Shown here piece after piece: positions 1 to 10,164 of a DNA stretch of 64,000 nucleotides. A model generated the notes under the pieces. The model ran no database searches and had not been told where the DNA came from. It saw nothing but the letters and a program-made list of their open reading frames with translations. The stretch comes from a virus (Duplodnaviria > Caudoviricetes), in IMG/VR virus record IMGVR_UViG_3300035208_005974, positions 32,001 through 96,000 of that record; one strand, given 5' to 3'. Both the position numbers and the translations under genes were made by a program. The first letter of the stretch is position 1; every line of letters begins with the position of its first letter.

Positions 1-16
1 TGTTTTGGTAAAACCA

Positions 17-427
17 ATGGAATACAAGCTCGATAAGTCTGCGCACTCCGTGTACTCACTTCACTATCACTTAGTGGTAGTCATCAAGTACAGGAGGAAA
101 GCACTCTATGATGAAGAGATTCGAGAGAGGCTAAAGCAGATCATTTGGAGCTTGACAGATGAACTTGGAATAGAAATACTAGCACAGGAACCCGCCGAAG
201 ATCATCTTCATATACTGTTCACCGCGACACCTACAACCAACTTATCCAACGTCGTGAATGTAATCAAGGGCGTCACAGCCAGACGACTCAGACAAGAATT
301 TCCGCAGACTAAGGAATTCCTTTGGGGTGACTCGTTTTGGTCCAACTCATATTTCATTGCCAGCACAGGGCAGGTATCTCTTGATGTCTTGATGCAGTAT
401 GTAGAGTCTCAGATGGAGAAAGTATGA
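17..427 (+). CDS. tnpA: IS200-type Y1 HUH transposase
   Basis: HSVYSLHYHLV, DHLHIL (HUH), FWSNSYF, catalytic YVESQ; ATG at 17. Confidence 0.95.
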   Translation: MEYKLDKSAHSVYSLHYHLVVVIKYRRKALYDEEIRERLKQIIWSLTDELGIEILAQEPAEDHLHILFTATPTTNLSNVVNVIKGVTARRLRQEFPQTKEFLWGDSFWSNSYFIASTGQVSLDVLMQYVESQMEKV

Positions 428-1611
428 TTGTAAGCTACAAATATCCTATCTTCCCGAACAAGATCACACAATGGATGTTAGCGGAGAATTTGGATGCTTG
501 TAGGTGGCTCTATAATCGGCTTCTCCAAGACCTGAATGAAGCAAAAGAAAAAGGCATCAAGCTCAAGACCTATGATACTCAGAGCATGATCCCATCCCTG
601 AAGCTTGAGAATCCTAAGCTGAATCTGGTCTATTCCAAAGTCCTCCAGATGGTGAATTACACTCTTTGGTCTAACATTAAAGGCCTCTTTGCATCAAAGA
701 AGAACGGTCGGAAGGTCGGTCATATTCGCTTCAAAGGGTATGGTTGGTACAATACCCTGAATTACAACCAGTCCGGATTCAAAATCGATCTAGATCATAA
801 CATATTGCATCTCTCCAAGATCGGAGAAATGCGGATCAAGATCTATCGAAAGATCGAAGGTTCCATCAAAGCTATCATAATCAAGAGAGAAGGCGAGAGA
901 TGGTTTGCCATAGTCCAGGCTGATCAAGAACCACAGCAGTTACCAGAAACCGAGGAAGCAGTAGGTCTGGATGTCGGTTTGACTTCCTTCGTGGTTGACT
1001 CCGTTGGCAATGAGATAGAGAATCCAAGATGTGCCAAGCAATCTGCTGATAAACTGGCAAGACTGCAACGAAGACTAGCCAGAGCGGTGCGGGGATCGAA
1101 TAACTATAGAGCGATCAAGGATAAGATTGCCAAATTGCATAGGAGAATCAACTGCCAACGAGATGATTTCCTGCATAAGCTCTCCCGGATGTATGTCAAT
1201 AACTTCGATATTATTTGCGTCGAGGATCTTGATGTCAAAGGTCTAATAGAGAAAGGCCATAATAACGGTATACATCGCAGCATTCATGATGCATCCTGGT
1301 CTAAGTTCATATTCATGCTTTCGTACAAGGCTCAAAGTGCTGGTCGAGAGTTGATAAAAGTAGATCCCAGGAACACCACTCAAAGGTGTTCTGCTTGTGG
1401 AAGCATTGTAAAGAAAGATCTGTCGGTACGAGTACATGAGTGCCCCTATTGCGGATTCTCATGTGATCGAGACTACAATGCTTCCAGGAACATACTCATC
1501 ACAGGGATGGAACAGCCCGTAGCGCCCATAGAACCAAAACCACTACATCACATATCCGTGGTGCAAGTTTTGGCGATGAAGTGGGAAGCCGCGCCCTTCA
1601 GGACGCGGTAG
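424..1611 (+). CDS. tnpB: TnpB RNA-guided nuclease, catalytic triad intact
   Basis: RuvC motifs GLDVGL, VEDL, DRDYNAS; zinc ribbon CSACG..CPYCG. Confidence 0.95.
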   Translation: MIVSYKYPIFPNKITQWMLAENLDACRWLYNRLLQDLNEAKEKGIKLKTYDTQSMIPSLKLENPKLNLVYSKVLQMVNYTLWSNIKGLFASKKNGRKVGHIRFKGYGWYNTLNYNQSGFKIDLDHNILHLSKIGEMRIKIYRKIEGSIKAIIIKREGERWFAIVQADQEPQQLPETEEAVGLDVGLTSFVVDSVGNEIENPRCAKQSADKLARLQRRLARAVRGSNNYRAIKDKIAKLHRRINCQRDDFLHKLSRMYVNNFDIICVEDLDVKGLIEKGHNNGIHRSIHDASWSKFIFMLSYKAQSAGRELIKVDPRNTTQRCSACGSIVKKDLSVRVHECPYCGFSCDRDYNASRNILITGMEQPVAPIEPKPLHHISVVQVLAMKWEAAPFRTR

Positions 1612-1636
1612 TTCACTCATAATACGAAAGGCGAAC
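1500..1636 (+). ncRNA. Predicted TnpB omega/reRNA: scaffold overlapping the tnpB 3' end plus flanking guide; limits approximate
   Basis: Established TnpB architecture; right-end hairpin and TCAC; guide would begin TCATAATACGAAAGGC. Confidence 0.6.
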
Positions 1637-1664
1637 TTGTGACAATCTACTAAAAGGAATTATA

Positions 1665-2672
1665 ATGATAATAAAAAAGAAAAAGTTGTATGAAAATAAG
1701 TTTTATCTAGAAGAGCAATATATAAAAAATAAAAAATCTATGCAAATAATTAGTGAAGAAATTGGATGTTCAATAGATACTGTATATAGATGGTTGCTTA
1801 GGCATGGTATACCAGTTCGTAGTAAATCCGAAGCATTAAAAGGAAAAATAACTTGGTCAACTGGATTAACAAAAGAAACTGATCCTAGACTTATGAAAAT
1901 ATCAATGGATGCAAAACAGCGTTATATTGATCATCCAGAAATAATAGATATTCAATCTAAGAAAATGAAATTAAAATGGGAAGATGTTGATTGGCGAAAC
2001 GAAATGATATCAAAATTAAATATTGCTGCTCAACGTTCTGATGTAGTAGAAAAGAGACGTATAAATGGTATAAAGTTTTCCAAAAATTTTGAAGCACATG
2101 AAAAGATATCAAAATCTGTTTTAAAATTATGGGAAGACCCTGAATGGAGAGCTAGAAATATTGCTTCTATAAGAACGCCTGAAATTAGATATGCTAGATC
2201 TGTTCGTATGACAAACATGTGGAAAGATCCAGAAAAAAGAAAATTGGTTTCTGAAAAAATAAGTAAAACTATTGGAAGCATAGAATACCAAGAAAAGGTT
2301 TGTTACGATTTTAGTAGAAGACCAAATAGCATAGAACAATTATTATTTAATTATCTAATAATTTATCAAGGTTGGGAATATTCAGGTGATGGTTCATTTT
2401 GGGTTAATTTAGAAAATGGACATATGAAAAATCCTGATTTTATAAATGAACACGAAAGTAAAGTAATTGAAGTATTTGGAGATTATTGGCATGATGAATC
2501 TGAAGTTAAACCTTTAATAGCAGCATATCAACGAGTATGTTTAGACTGCTTTATAATATGGGAACATGAAATGAAAAACATGGAAAGTTTGCATGAAAAT
2601 AAAGCACTTGAGGATTTTTTGGCTACGGAAGCATATTTTATAGACAATTATGATGAGTGGCATGAAAGATGA
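1665..2672 (+). CDS. Free-standing homing-endonuclease-like protein (HTH + helical repeats + Vsr/DUF559-like nuclease)
   Basis: N-terminal HTH (IISEEIGCSIDTVYRWL), W-x-DPE repeats, C-terminal PDFI...IEVFGDYWH...IIWEHE. Confidence 0.7.
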   Translation: MIIKKKKLYENKFYLEEQYIKNKKSMQIISEEIGCSIDTVYRWLLRHGIPVRSKSEALKGKITWSTGLTKETDPRLMKISMDAKQRYIDHPEIIDIQSKKMKLKWEDVDWRNEMISKLNIAAQRSDVVEKRRINGIKFSKNFEAHEKISKSVLKLWEDPEWRARNIASIRTPEIRYARSVRMTNMWKDPEKRKLVSEKISKTIGSIEYQEKVCYDFSRRPNSIEQLLFNYLIIYQGWEYSGDGSFWVNLENGHMKNPDFINEHESKVIEVFGDYWHDESEVKPLIAAYQRVCLDCFIIWEHEMKNMESLHENKALEDFLATEAYFIDNYDEWHER

Positions 2673-5239
2673 AACTACAAGTATTTGACATAAATTATAT
2701 AAGCGACACTGAAAGAAATCCAATTATTCAATTATTTTGCATAGATGAATTTGGAATGAGTAAAGTAATTAGAGTTTATGGTTTTAGACCATATTTTTAT
2801 GCAACATCATCAAACATTGAAAAAACAAAAGAAGACTTATCAAAAGTTAATTTAGAGTTTGAAGACGTTAGTTTTTTCAAACCCATTGGATATCAATCAG
2901 AACCAACAAAAATGCTTAAAATATATACAATATCCCCGCGAGATGTTCGAGAAACAAGGGAAATTATACGATCATATCCTAACGTGACTAACATCTATGA
3001 AGCAGATATTTTATTTCATGAACGATTTGCAGCAGATACAGGAATACAAAGTTTTAAGTGGATAGAAGTTAATTCAGATGATGTATATTATAAAAACATT
3101 GAAGTAATACAAAATATTGAAGATGTACCATTGCGTATATTATCCTTGGATATAGAATGCATGATACCTGAAGATGGTACAATACCTAAGCCTGAAAAAG
3201 ATTCTATAACTTTGGTTAGTTTAGCATTCAATACAAATTACAATAATGTAGATAATATTGTACTTATTGCAAAAAAAATTGATTGTACTAGAAATGATAC
3301 AATTTCTTGTGAAAATGAAAAAGATTTACTGAACAAATTAATAAAAATAATAAAAAATTATGATCCAGACATAATAACTGGTTATAATATTGGACCATTT
3401 GATCTAAATTATATTGACGTTAGATCAAAAGTAAACAATATAAGATTTAATATTGGTCGAGATAATAGTTTATTATATATAAAACAATTTGGGTTAGAAA
3501 AAGAAGCTATTGTACCAGGTAGAGTTATTATCGATACATTACCAATGGTTCGAAGAAATTATAGCCTAAAGCAATATACTTTAAAAAACGTAGCCAACGA
3601 ATTGTTACATTTACAAAAGCTAGATGTTCCTGCTAAAAAAATGCGAGAATACTGGTTATCAAATGGAGAAGAATTCATAAAATTTATAAAATATTCTCGC
3701 AGGGACGCAGTTCTTGGATTATCATTATTACAAGACCTTGGAATGCTTCAAAAATATATAGCTTTATCAAAAGTTACTGGAGTACTATTACAAACAGTTG
3801 TTAATAGTGGGCAAACATCAATATTAGAATTCATGATCTTACAGCGATTTAATGCAAAAAATCGTGTTGTAAATATGAAACCACATATTGAAGGCAATAA
3901 AGAAGATCGAGAATCAGAATTTCAAGGTGCTTATGTTTCAAAACCCAAGAAATCGTTGTGTGAAAACATAATATTAACTGATATGCAAAGTCTATATCCA
4001 TCCATTATTATTAGATATAATTTATGTCCTACGACTGTAATAAAGGATGAAGAACACAACGATATTATAACAAGCCCAGACGGAACAAGATTCATTACTT
4101 CAGTTCGTGGAATATTACCTGAAATGCTCGATGAATTACTAAAGAAGCGTTTGGAAACAAAAGCTAAAATGAAAATCACAAAAGATAAACACGAATATGA
4201 TATATTAGATAGTATTCAATATAGTTATAAAATATTGCTTAATTCAGCATACGGCTTATGTGGATATCCTAGATCAAGAACATTTGCTATGTCAGTTGCT
4301 AGTTCTGTTACAGCATATGGACGTGAAACAATTAAAAAAGTTAGGAATGATATTGAAAACATTAAAGACCTTGAAATAAATAATAAAAAATTTAATTTTG
4401 AAGTAATATATACTGATACCGATTCAGCTTATATTGAATTAATTTGTTCCGATAATATAACATATAATGATGCAAACGTAGTTGGAAATGAAGTTACTCA
4501 AATGGTTTCCAAACCAATGTCTTATCCAATGAAACTTAATTATGAAGGATATGCTTCTAGGGCTTTATTTTTAACCAAAAAACGTTATGCAATGAATATG
4601 ATAACCCAAAAAGAAGGAAAAATAAACCAAACCATAAAAGTAAAAGGTATAGAAGTTGTGAGAAGAGATTGGTGTCAATTAATTGGAGAAACATTAACAA
4701 AAGTTCTTGAATTGATATTACAAGACGGAGATCCATATAAAGCATGGCAATATGCAAATAGTATCATAGAACGTTTATTATCATTACGAGATATTCGTGA
4801 TGATGTAGAATTTGCTGATAAATTGATATTGAGTCGAAAAATAGGAAATTTGTCAGGATATAAAAATATTCAGCCCCATACAACAGTTTATAAGAAAATT
4901 GTTGCACGTGGCGAAGAGCCGCCTGGCTTGGGAGACCGTATCCAGTACTATGCCTTACCAGGAGCTTCTTCTGCAAATTATGGTGGCATAAGTCAATGCG
5001 TCGATACACCAGAATTTGTAAGGAATACAGACGGTCGTATAGACAACAATTGGTATGTCACCCATCAAATTATACCACCACTAGAACGCATATTTGAATG
5101 TATCGGTATTTCAATCCAGACCGGTAAAAAACTAGAAAAAGAATCAAGTTTATTTGAATTTTCCGAAACAGACGATCAGAAACCAAAAACCGTATTAACC
5201 CCAAAACAGACCAAAACTGGATTGTTTGCATTCACTTGA
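2669..5239 (+). CDS. polB: Family B DNA polymerase, no intein
   Basis: Exonuclease motifs SLDIEC, GYNIGPFD, YSRRDA; polymerase motifs DMQSLYPS, KILLNSAYG, YTDTDS, KKRY, KGIEVVRRD. Confidence 0.98.
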   Translation: MKLQVFDINYISDTERNPIIQLFCIDEFGMSKVIRVYGFRPYFYATSSNIEKTKEDLSKVNLEFEDVSFFKPIGYQSEPTKMLKIYTISPRDVRETREIIRSYPNVTNIYEADILFHERFAADTGIQSFKWIEVNSDDVYYKNIEVIQNIEDVPLRILSLDIECMIPEDGTIPKPEKDSITLVSLAFNTNYNNVDNIVLIAKKIDCTRNDTISCENEKDLLNKLIKIIKNYDPDIITGYNIGPFDLNYIDVRSKVNNIRFNIGRDNSLLYIKQFGLEKEAIVPGRVIIDTLPMVRRNYSLKQYTLKNVANELLHLQKLDVPAKKMREYWLSNGEEFIKFIKYSRRDAVLGLSLLQDLGMLQKYIALSKVTGVLLQTVVNSGQTSILEFMILQRFNAKNRVVNMKPHIEGNKEDRESEFQGAYVSKPKKSLCENIILTDMQSLYPSIIIRYNLCPTTVIKDEEHNDIITSPDGTRFITSVRGILPEMLDELLKKRLETKAKMKITKDKHEYDILDSIQYSYKILLNSAYGLCGYPRSRTFAMSVASSVTAYGRETIKKVRNDIENIKDLEINNKKFNFEVIYTDTDSAYIELICSDNITYNDANVVGNEVTQMVSKPMSYPMKLNYEGYASRALFLTKKRYAMNMITQKEGKINQTIKVKGIEVVRRDWCQLIGETLTKVLELILQDGDPYKAWQYANSIIERLLSLRDIRDDVEFADKLILSRKIGNLSGYKNIQPHTTVYKKIVARGEEPPGLGDRIQYYALPGASSANYGGISQCVDTPEFVRNTDGRIDNNWYVTHQIIPPLERIFECIGISIQTGKKLEKESSLFEFSETDDQKPKTVLTPKQTKTGLFAFT

Positions 5240-5252
5240 ATGAGGACCTTAT

Positions 5253-5480
5253 ATGACTAATTGGATCAATGTTAACAAAGAATTACCGGAATCTAGAACA
5301 CTTGTCTGGATTCACGTAACCTATAATAAATGTTTGTATGATGATGTAACAGAAAGGATTAGCATTGGAACATACCAAGAAGGTTATTGGCATGATTGGC
5401 TAGACGTTCATTTTGCTGACGACTATGATGTAACTCACTGGATGTCGTTAGAATGGCCAGAAAAACCTGAAGGTGCTTAA
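5253..5480 (+). CDS. DUF551-like phage protein
   Basis: WINVNKELP ... VTHWMSL pattern. Confidence 0.7.
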   Translation: MTNWINVNKELPESRTLVWIHVTYNKCLYDDVTERISIGTYQEGYWHDWLDVHFADDYDVTHWMSLEWPEKPEGA

Positions 5481-5723
5481 TTTGTCAGAACGAACAGATA
5501 GCCTATTGGTTTGCCGAGCTGACAAAAGCTCTTTAACCGAAATCATGGACACTACTAATGATACAATAGAAAAAATAATAATAAAATATAAATCTGGTCA
5601 TACTATAATCATAAAAACATGAACCAAAAAGTTTAAATACTAAGTAATTTAAAGTAGTTTTATAATATCGCCCTAAGATAAATGTAGCAAATCTATTTTT
5701 TATAAATTTTTTTGGAGAAGCTT

Positions 5724-5984
5724 ATGTCAGAAACTGGAGATCAAATAAGGCAATTTAATAAAATTGCAATTTCGTATCGAACGGATATAAAAACACTAAA
5801 CGACATACTGGATTCCTGGAAGTTGGAAAAGACTTCCGTTGATGACCTCGCAGAACAAATAAAAAGTTCTGTTAAAAATGCTGCAGAAATTTCTATCAAA
5901 GTCAATGAAAACAACCAATATCTTGTGGAATTCACATTCAAGCCAATAATGGTGTCATTGATCATTGACAAACACAATCATTAA
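5724..5984 (+). CDS. Hypothetical protein
   Basis: ORF with GGAG upstream of the ATG. Confidence 0.5.
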   Translation: MSETGDQIRQFNKIAISYRTDIKTLNDILDSWKLEKTSVDDLAEQIKSSVKNAAEISIKVNENNQYLVEFTFKPIMVSLIIDKHNH

Positions 5985-6000
5985 ATTGAGGATAAATAAC

Positions 6001-7059
6001 ATGAATAAAAAACTTTCGGAATGGACAATAGAAGAAATGGAAAGTTTGTATATACAATTAGGATCTTTTAGAAAATGTGCCAAAGAATTATGTTGCGATC
6101 CAAAGACATTTAGAAAATATTATTATGGTAAGAAAAATGAAATAAACAATCATGACGCGGATATGCTATGTAATGATATGAATAATACACTAAATAATAT
6201 TCTAAAACCAATTACTAATAATAGCATAACACCAGATTTGGATACTGCTATTCAAACCATTCAAAATGCTGGGTGGTTTGTTACTAAGAAACCGTTACAA
6301 CGCAATTATACGTTTGACTTAGATATTGAACCTACGGAAACCAACATTTATAAAGTTGGAATCGTTTCGGATACACATTTGGGATCTAAGTACCAACAAA
6401 TGGAATCTCTTTGGAAATTCTATGAAAAATGCGCACGCGAAGGTATAACCACCATCTTTCACGCAGGAGATTTATCAGATGGCGTTAATATGTATAACGG
6501 TCAGCAATTCGAAATTTTCCTACATGGCGAACGAGCACAAGCCCAATACATTATAGAAAACTATCCGAAAATTGATGACATAACCACAGAAATGATCGGA
6601 GGAAACCACGACGAAAGTTTCTACAAACGTTATGGTAGTGACATTTGTTATGATGTATCTATTCAACGAACGGACATGAAATACAAGGGATTTTATTTAG
6701 CCAACTTCAACATCGGCAATATAAATATTTGTATACATCATGGAGATGGCGGTGTAGCGTATGCCAGAAGTTATAAACCACAAAAACTAGCATTAAGTAA
6801 AATTGAAAACAAAGATACTCCTACGCCAGACATACTTGCTATAGGTCACTACCACGCAACATGTATATTACCAGACTATGTTGGTATATATACCATTCAA
6901 ATGCCAGCGTTTCAAAGTTCAACGCCTTCATATATGGGTAGAAAAGGTCTGAATCCGGATATTGGTGGTATTATACTTGAATTTGAAGAATCAGAAGGAA
7001 AATTAGTTTCCACAAAAACACAATATGTGAATTATCGTACTGTGGAAAATGATTATTAA
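6001..7059 (+). CDS. Calcineurin-like metallophosphoesterase (DP1-like) with N-terminal HTH
   Basis: SDTHLG, AGDLSDG, GNHD, HHG, GHYH; GAGGA upstream of ATG 6001. Confidence 0.88.
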   Translation: MNKKLSEWTIEEMESLYIQLGSFRKCAKELCCDPKTFRKYYYGKKNEINNHDADMLCNDMNNTLNNILKPITNNSITPDLDTAIQTIQNAGWFVTKKPLQRNYTFDLDIEPTETNIYKVGIVSDTHLGSKYQQMESLWKFYEKCAREGITTIFHAGDLSDGVNMYNGQQFEIFLHGERAQAQYIIENYPKIDDITTEMIGGNHDESFYKRYGSDICYDVSIQRTDMKYKGFYLANFNIGNINICIHHGDGGVAYARSYKPQKLALSKIENKDTPTPDILAIGHYHATCILPDYVGIYTIQMPAFQSSTPSYMGRKGLNPDIGGIILEFEESEGKLVSTKTQYVNYRTVENDY

Positions 7060-7093
7060 TTTATTTTTATTTTTACAGTTTTGAGGTGTTTTC

Positions 7094-8032
7094 ATACGAA
7101 AGAGGGAAGTCGTTGACCTTAACACTTACAACAAATTTGACTTGCTTAGGATTTTTTCAAAGCACAAAACGTTCACAGATTCCGCAAAAGCCATTAAAGT
7201 TTCGGCAAAACGCTTCAGTAAATATTGGATAGATATTGGCTTAGAAAAACCAAACAAAACTCTTGCCTGGAAATTAATTCCAGATACACCTTATAACGAA
7301 ATTGCAATCGTTAGTGACCTACATTTCGGAAACATGTGTCAACAAAAAACCATATTAAACAACTTCATAAAGATTTGTAAAGAACGATCCATTGACGTTT
7401 TGTTGTGCGCCGGAGATTTAGTAGATGGCACAATGACATTTCCAGAACATTACAAGGAACGTTTTTTGCATTGCGCTGACAGTTATATAGAATATTGTGA
7501 AGAAAATTACCCAGCGGACTTTAACACAAATGGTATTATAATGGGTAACCACGACAAAAGTCTAACCCTATATGAAAATCCTAGCTATGACTTTTGTAAG
7601 GAATTTTGCAAAGTTCGTAAAGATGTAACTTATCATATTGGCAATGACAACGTTACAAAACCATTTACAATACCAGGCAACATAAAACTAACCATGTATC
7701 ATGGAAGTAACTGCACAAATTCTAGTTTAGGACAACGTCGCGAACCTAAATTACAACAAAAAACAGCAGAACTCCTAAGTTCTAAAAACACTAGCAACAT
7801 CTACATATATGGCCATTGTCATAAAAAGTGTCTAACGAACTTCATGGACAAGTATATTTTGGGGGTTGGCTGTTTTGTGGCAGACACACCATTTCAGGTA
7901 AATCGAGGAACGTTCGGTGACGTATGTGGACTCATTATAAAGTATAATACAGAAAATGGAAATATTGTGGCACTAGAACCAGAATTTTTCACAGCCGAAC
8001 AATTAGGAGGACTAAAAATTAAGGATTTTTGA
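7094..8032 (+). CDS. Second metallophosphoesterase paralogue, probable ATA start
   Basis: SDLHFG, AGDLVDG, GNHD, YHG, GHCH; GAGGTG at 7083-7088 precedes an in-frame ATA at 7094. Confidence 0.85.
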   Translation: MRKREVVDLNTYNKFDLLRIFSKHKTFTDSAKAIKVSAKRFSKYWIDIGLEKPNKTLAWKLIPDTPYNEIAIVSDLHFGNMCQQKTILNNFIKICKERSIDVLLCAGDLVDGTMTFPEHYKERFLHCADSYIEYCEENYPADFNTNGIIMGNHDKSLTLYENPSYDFCKEFCKVRKDVTYHIGNDNVTKPFTIPGNIKLTMYHGSNCTNSSLGQRREPKLQQKTAELLSSKNTSNIYIYGHCHKKCLTNFMDKYILGVGCFVADTPFQVNRGTFGDVCGLIIKYNTENGNIVALEPEFFTAEQLGGLKIKDF

Positions 8033-8117
8033 CGTTTCTTTTTTGTGTAATCAAAAAGCTTAAATATCATGAATACGTATTAAACGTATATATGTAATCG
8101 TAAGGAAGTGATTTAAA

Positions 8118-8366
8118 ATGGGAAAAGGAAAAACGCATAGGGTCAGAAAGAAGTCACCTCCTCCAGAAACAGAAAGGTGGTGTATCGCATGCAAAAAAAT
8201 GACCATCTGGAAATACAATAAGTTGGTTGGTCATTCCAGATGTACGGAATGCGGTAGTATATTTTCTGCGCGGACAGAAGTGCCAGAAGAAAGGCTACAG
8301 GAAGTCGCAGAACGTCTAATGCCGTGGTGCAACAACATCAATAATAATAAAAATATTATAGCATGA
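8118..8366 (+). CDS. Small basic zinc-ribbon protein
   Basis: CIAC...CTECG; own promoter and RBS. Confidence 0.65.
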   Translation: MGKGKTHRVRKKSPPPETERWCIACKKMTIWKYNKLVGHSRCTECGSIFSARTEVPEERLQEVAERLMPWCNNINNNKNIIA

Positions 8367-8638
8367 ACAATAAAAAAATATTTTTTTTTGAAAAAAATTA
8401 TTGTTGTTAGTGCATGCTATTTTTTATGTGCGGTTCAATAAACGGATACTTTGGTTGAAGCGCTGGTGGTGCATTTGGTATTCCATCCACGATATGGATT
8501 TCAAAATAATCCATTTGGATATTCGTTGTGTTGTACATCAAATAATAGTAATATAATGCTTGTTTATAAAGCTTTTTGTACGACAAACCAAAAAGTATTT
8601 ATACAAAAACATATAACACGTAAGTGAAGTGAATTTAC

Positions 8639-9007
8639 ATGACAAACAAGGAAAAGACGACCGTGGGTAGCATGATAAGTGTACCGGTAATTTCAATATT
8701 ACTCGGAATTGCAGCAACAGCCATCACGCAAAACATGTATACTGGATTAGCAATATTCATAATATCAATGGTGTATATGTTAACTGATGTAATTGGATTG
8801 ATTCCATTTGTTGGGGTATTTGTACAATATCATGTACTAACCAATTATATAATACCATTCATGACAAGTACTTTCATGGTACCTCAAGAAGTAATGGTGT
8901 TGTTGAGCATTGCTTTCTACTTAAGCATAATATTTGGTGGAATTGTTACTATCTTTACCACCCTGATAACATTAGTAGGTGCCTATGCAATAATAACTAA
9001 TAACTAA
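8639..9007 (+). CDS. Integral membrane protein
   Basis: Three to four hydrophobic segments. Confidence 0.7.
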   Translation: MTNKEKTTVGSMISVPVISILLGIAATAITQNMYTGLAIFIISMVYMLTDVIGLIPFVGVFVQYHVLTNYIIPFMTSTFMVPQEVMVLLSIAFYLSIIFGGIVTIFTTLITLVGAYAIITNN

Positions 9008-9044
9008 TAGTAATCACAATTATTTTTTTATTAGGAGTTGTATA

Positions 9045-9518
9045 ATGTTATATTGGGATTTAGATGGCGTTCTTAGGATACTTGGCAGTCATGTACTTGG
9101 TTATGAACCCGAAAATTGGCATGATACTTATAATGGTAAAACAATAATAGAAATCGTCAATGAACATCCGGAATTATGCATGACGTGCCCAGAAAGCGAA
9201 TATCTATCAATTGTAAATAATAAATTACAGGAAATAACAATATTGACCAATCAATTGGATAGTTGGATTCCCTTTACGGAAATTTGGCTACGTCGTCACA
9301 TGAAAATTCCATATGATGTGGTGTATACTAAAAGCAGTGAACACAAATTAAGCTTCCTCAAAAATAGCGATATTCTCGTGGAGGATTTTCCGGGTTTTCA
9401 GAATTACAATAACATTGCATTAATCACAAGGCGCTATAACGAGCACTTAAATGTACCCTGTAGAATATCATCACTAATCGATCTTCGGAGATTAATAGAT
9501 TCCCATGAAACCTCTTGA
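9045..9518 (+). CDS. HAD-family 5'(3')-deoxyribonucleotidase-like protein
   Basis: WDLDGVL motif I, ILT, K, LVEDFP motif IV. Confidence 0.7.
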   Translation: MLYWDLDGVLRILGSHVLGYEPENWHDTYNGKTIIEIVNEHPELCMTCPESEYLSIVNNKLQEITILTNQLDSWIPFTEIWLRRHMKIPYDVVYTKSSEHKLSFLKNSDILVEDFPGFQNYNNIALITRRYNEHLNVPCRISSLIDLRRLIDSHETS

Positions 9519-9735
9519 TTTTTTTATGACCATGACAAAAGGCAAAGAAGTCTTTTGTTGCCAAAAAATAAATGACGACGGTAACCTTATTGGAATATCA
9601 GGAACCATAATTACCGGCGACGAAAACTACATAATTGTTCGTGGTAAGGATTCGGTACACCTCATTAGTTTGAAGGACATTATCGAAATCGAACATATAC
9701 CAAGCCTGGAAATTGCTTTTCCTGAAGGAACATAA
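9505..9735 (+). CDS. Sm/LSm-like small beta-barrel protein
   Basis: 76 aa; ISGTIITGDENYIIV...HLISLKDIIEIE resembles Sm1/Sm2 motifs. Confidence 0.5.
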   Translation: MKPLDFFMTMTKGKEVFCCQKINDDGNLIGISGTIITGDENYIIVRGKDSVHLISLKDIIEIEHIPSLEIAFPEGT

Positions 9736-9891
9736 ATGAATGAACAAAAATTTTTAAAATGCAAAAGATGTGGACGTCGCTTATCTTCCCCAGAAAGTCA
9801 GATGGTAGGATATGGTCCCATTTGTTTCCAGAAGGTCCAGGAAGAAGAAAGTATTCAATGTGATTTATTTGACTTTGAGGTGACTGAATGA
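9736..9891 (+). CDS. DUF6011-like zinc-finger protein (51 aa, not in the ORF track)
   Basis: MNEQKFLKCKRCGRRLSSPESQMVGYGPIC...IQCDLFDFEVTE; abuts or overlaps both neighbours. Confidence 0.75.
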   Translation: MNEQKFLKCKRCGRRLSSPESQMVGYGPICFQKVQEEESIQCDLFDFEVTE

Positions 9892-10151
9892 ACGTGGATA
9901 TAAATAAATTATTCAGTGACTTGAAGTCACATCCATTGGAATACATTACATTAGTATTAGCGATTTTGGGTGCAACTTTTGCTTCTGATTTAGATGCAGG
10001 AATAAGAGGTTTAGGATTCTTCTTGTGGATTTTTTCAAATGGTTATATGTTGATTGGATTTTTAAAATTAAAAAATATTCCATATTCCCTGCTTTTCCTT
10101 GGTTATGAAATAATGAATGTCCGGGGTATGTTGAATGCATGGTACTGGTGA
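9888..10151 (+). CDS. Small three-TM membrane protein (PnuC-like)
   Basis: Hydrophobic; GFFLWIFSN. Confidence 0.55.
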   Translation: MNVDINKLFSDLKSHPLEYITLVLAILGATFASDLDAGIRGLGFFLWIFSNGYMLIGFLKLKNIPYSLLFLGYEIMNVRGMLNAWYW

Positions 10152-10164
10152 GGGAGGCAAAACA

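Larger units (their letters stand above)
1..1616 (+). mobile_element. IS200/IS605-family element (tnpA+tnpB); left end lies outside the window
   Basis: Overlapping tnpA and tnpB; right end GAAG-CCGCG..CGCGG hairpin followed by TAGTTCAC (TCAC at 1613-1616); higher GC than the flanking viral DNA. Confidence 0.93.

Noticed and set aside
4528-4546. MKLNY in PolB (and FKLNP in portal) as further effector tags
   Set aside because: Both lack the following Cys pair and lie inside folded domains; treated as chance matches, and a caution for the short K-x-N motif
2669-5239. Intein in PolB or terminase
   Set aside because: Lengths and motif spacing are normal; no intein splice-junction motifs seen
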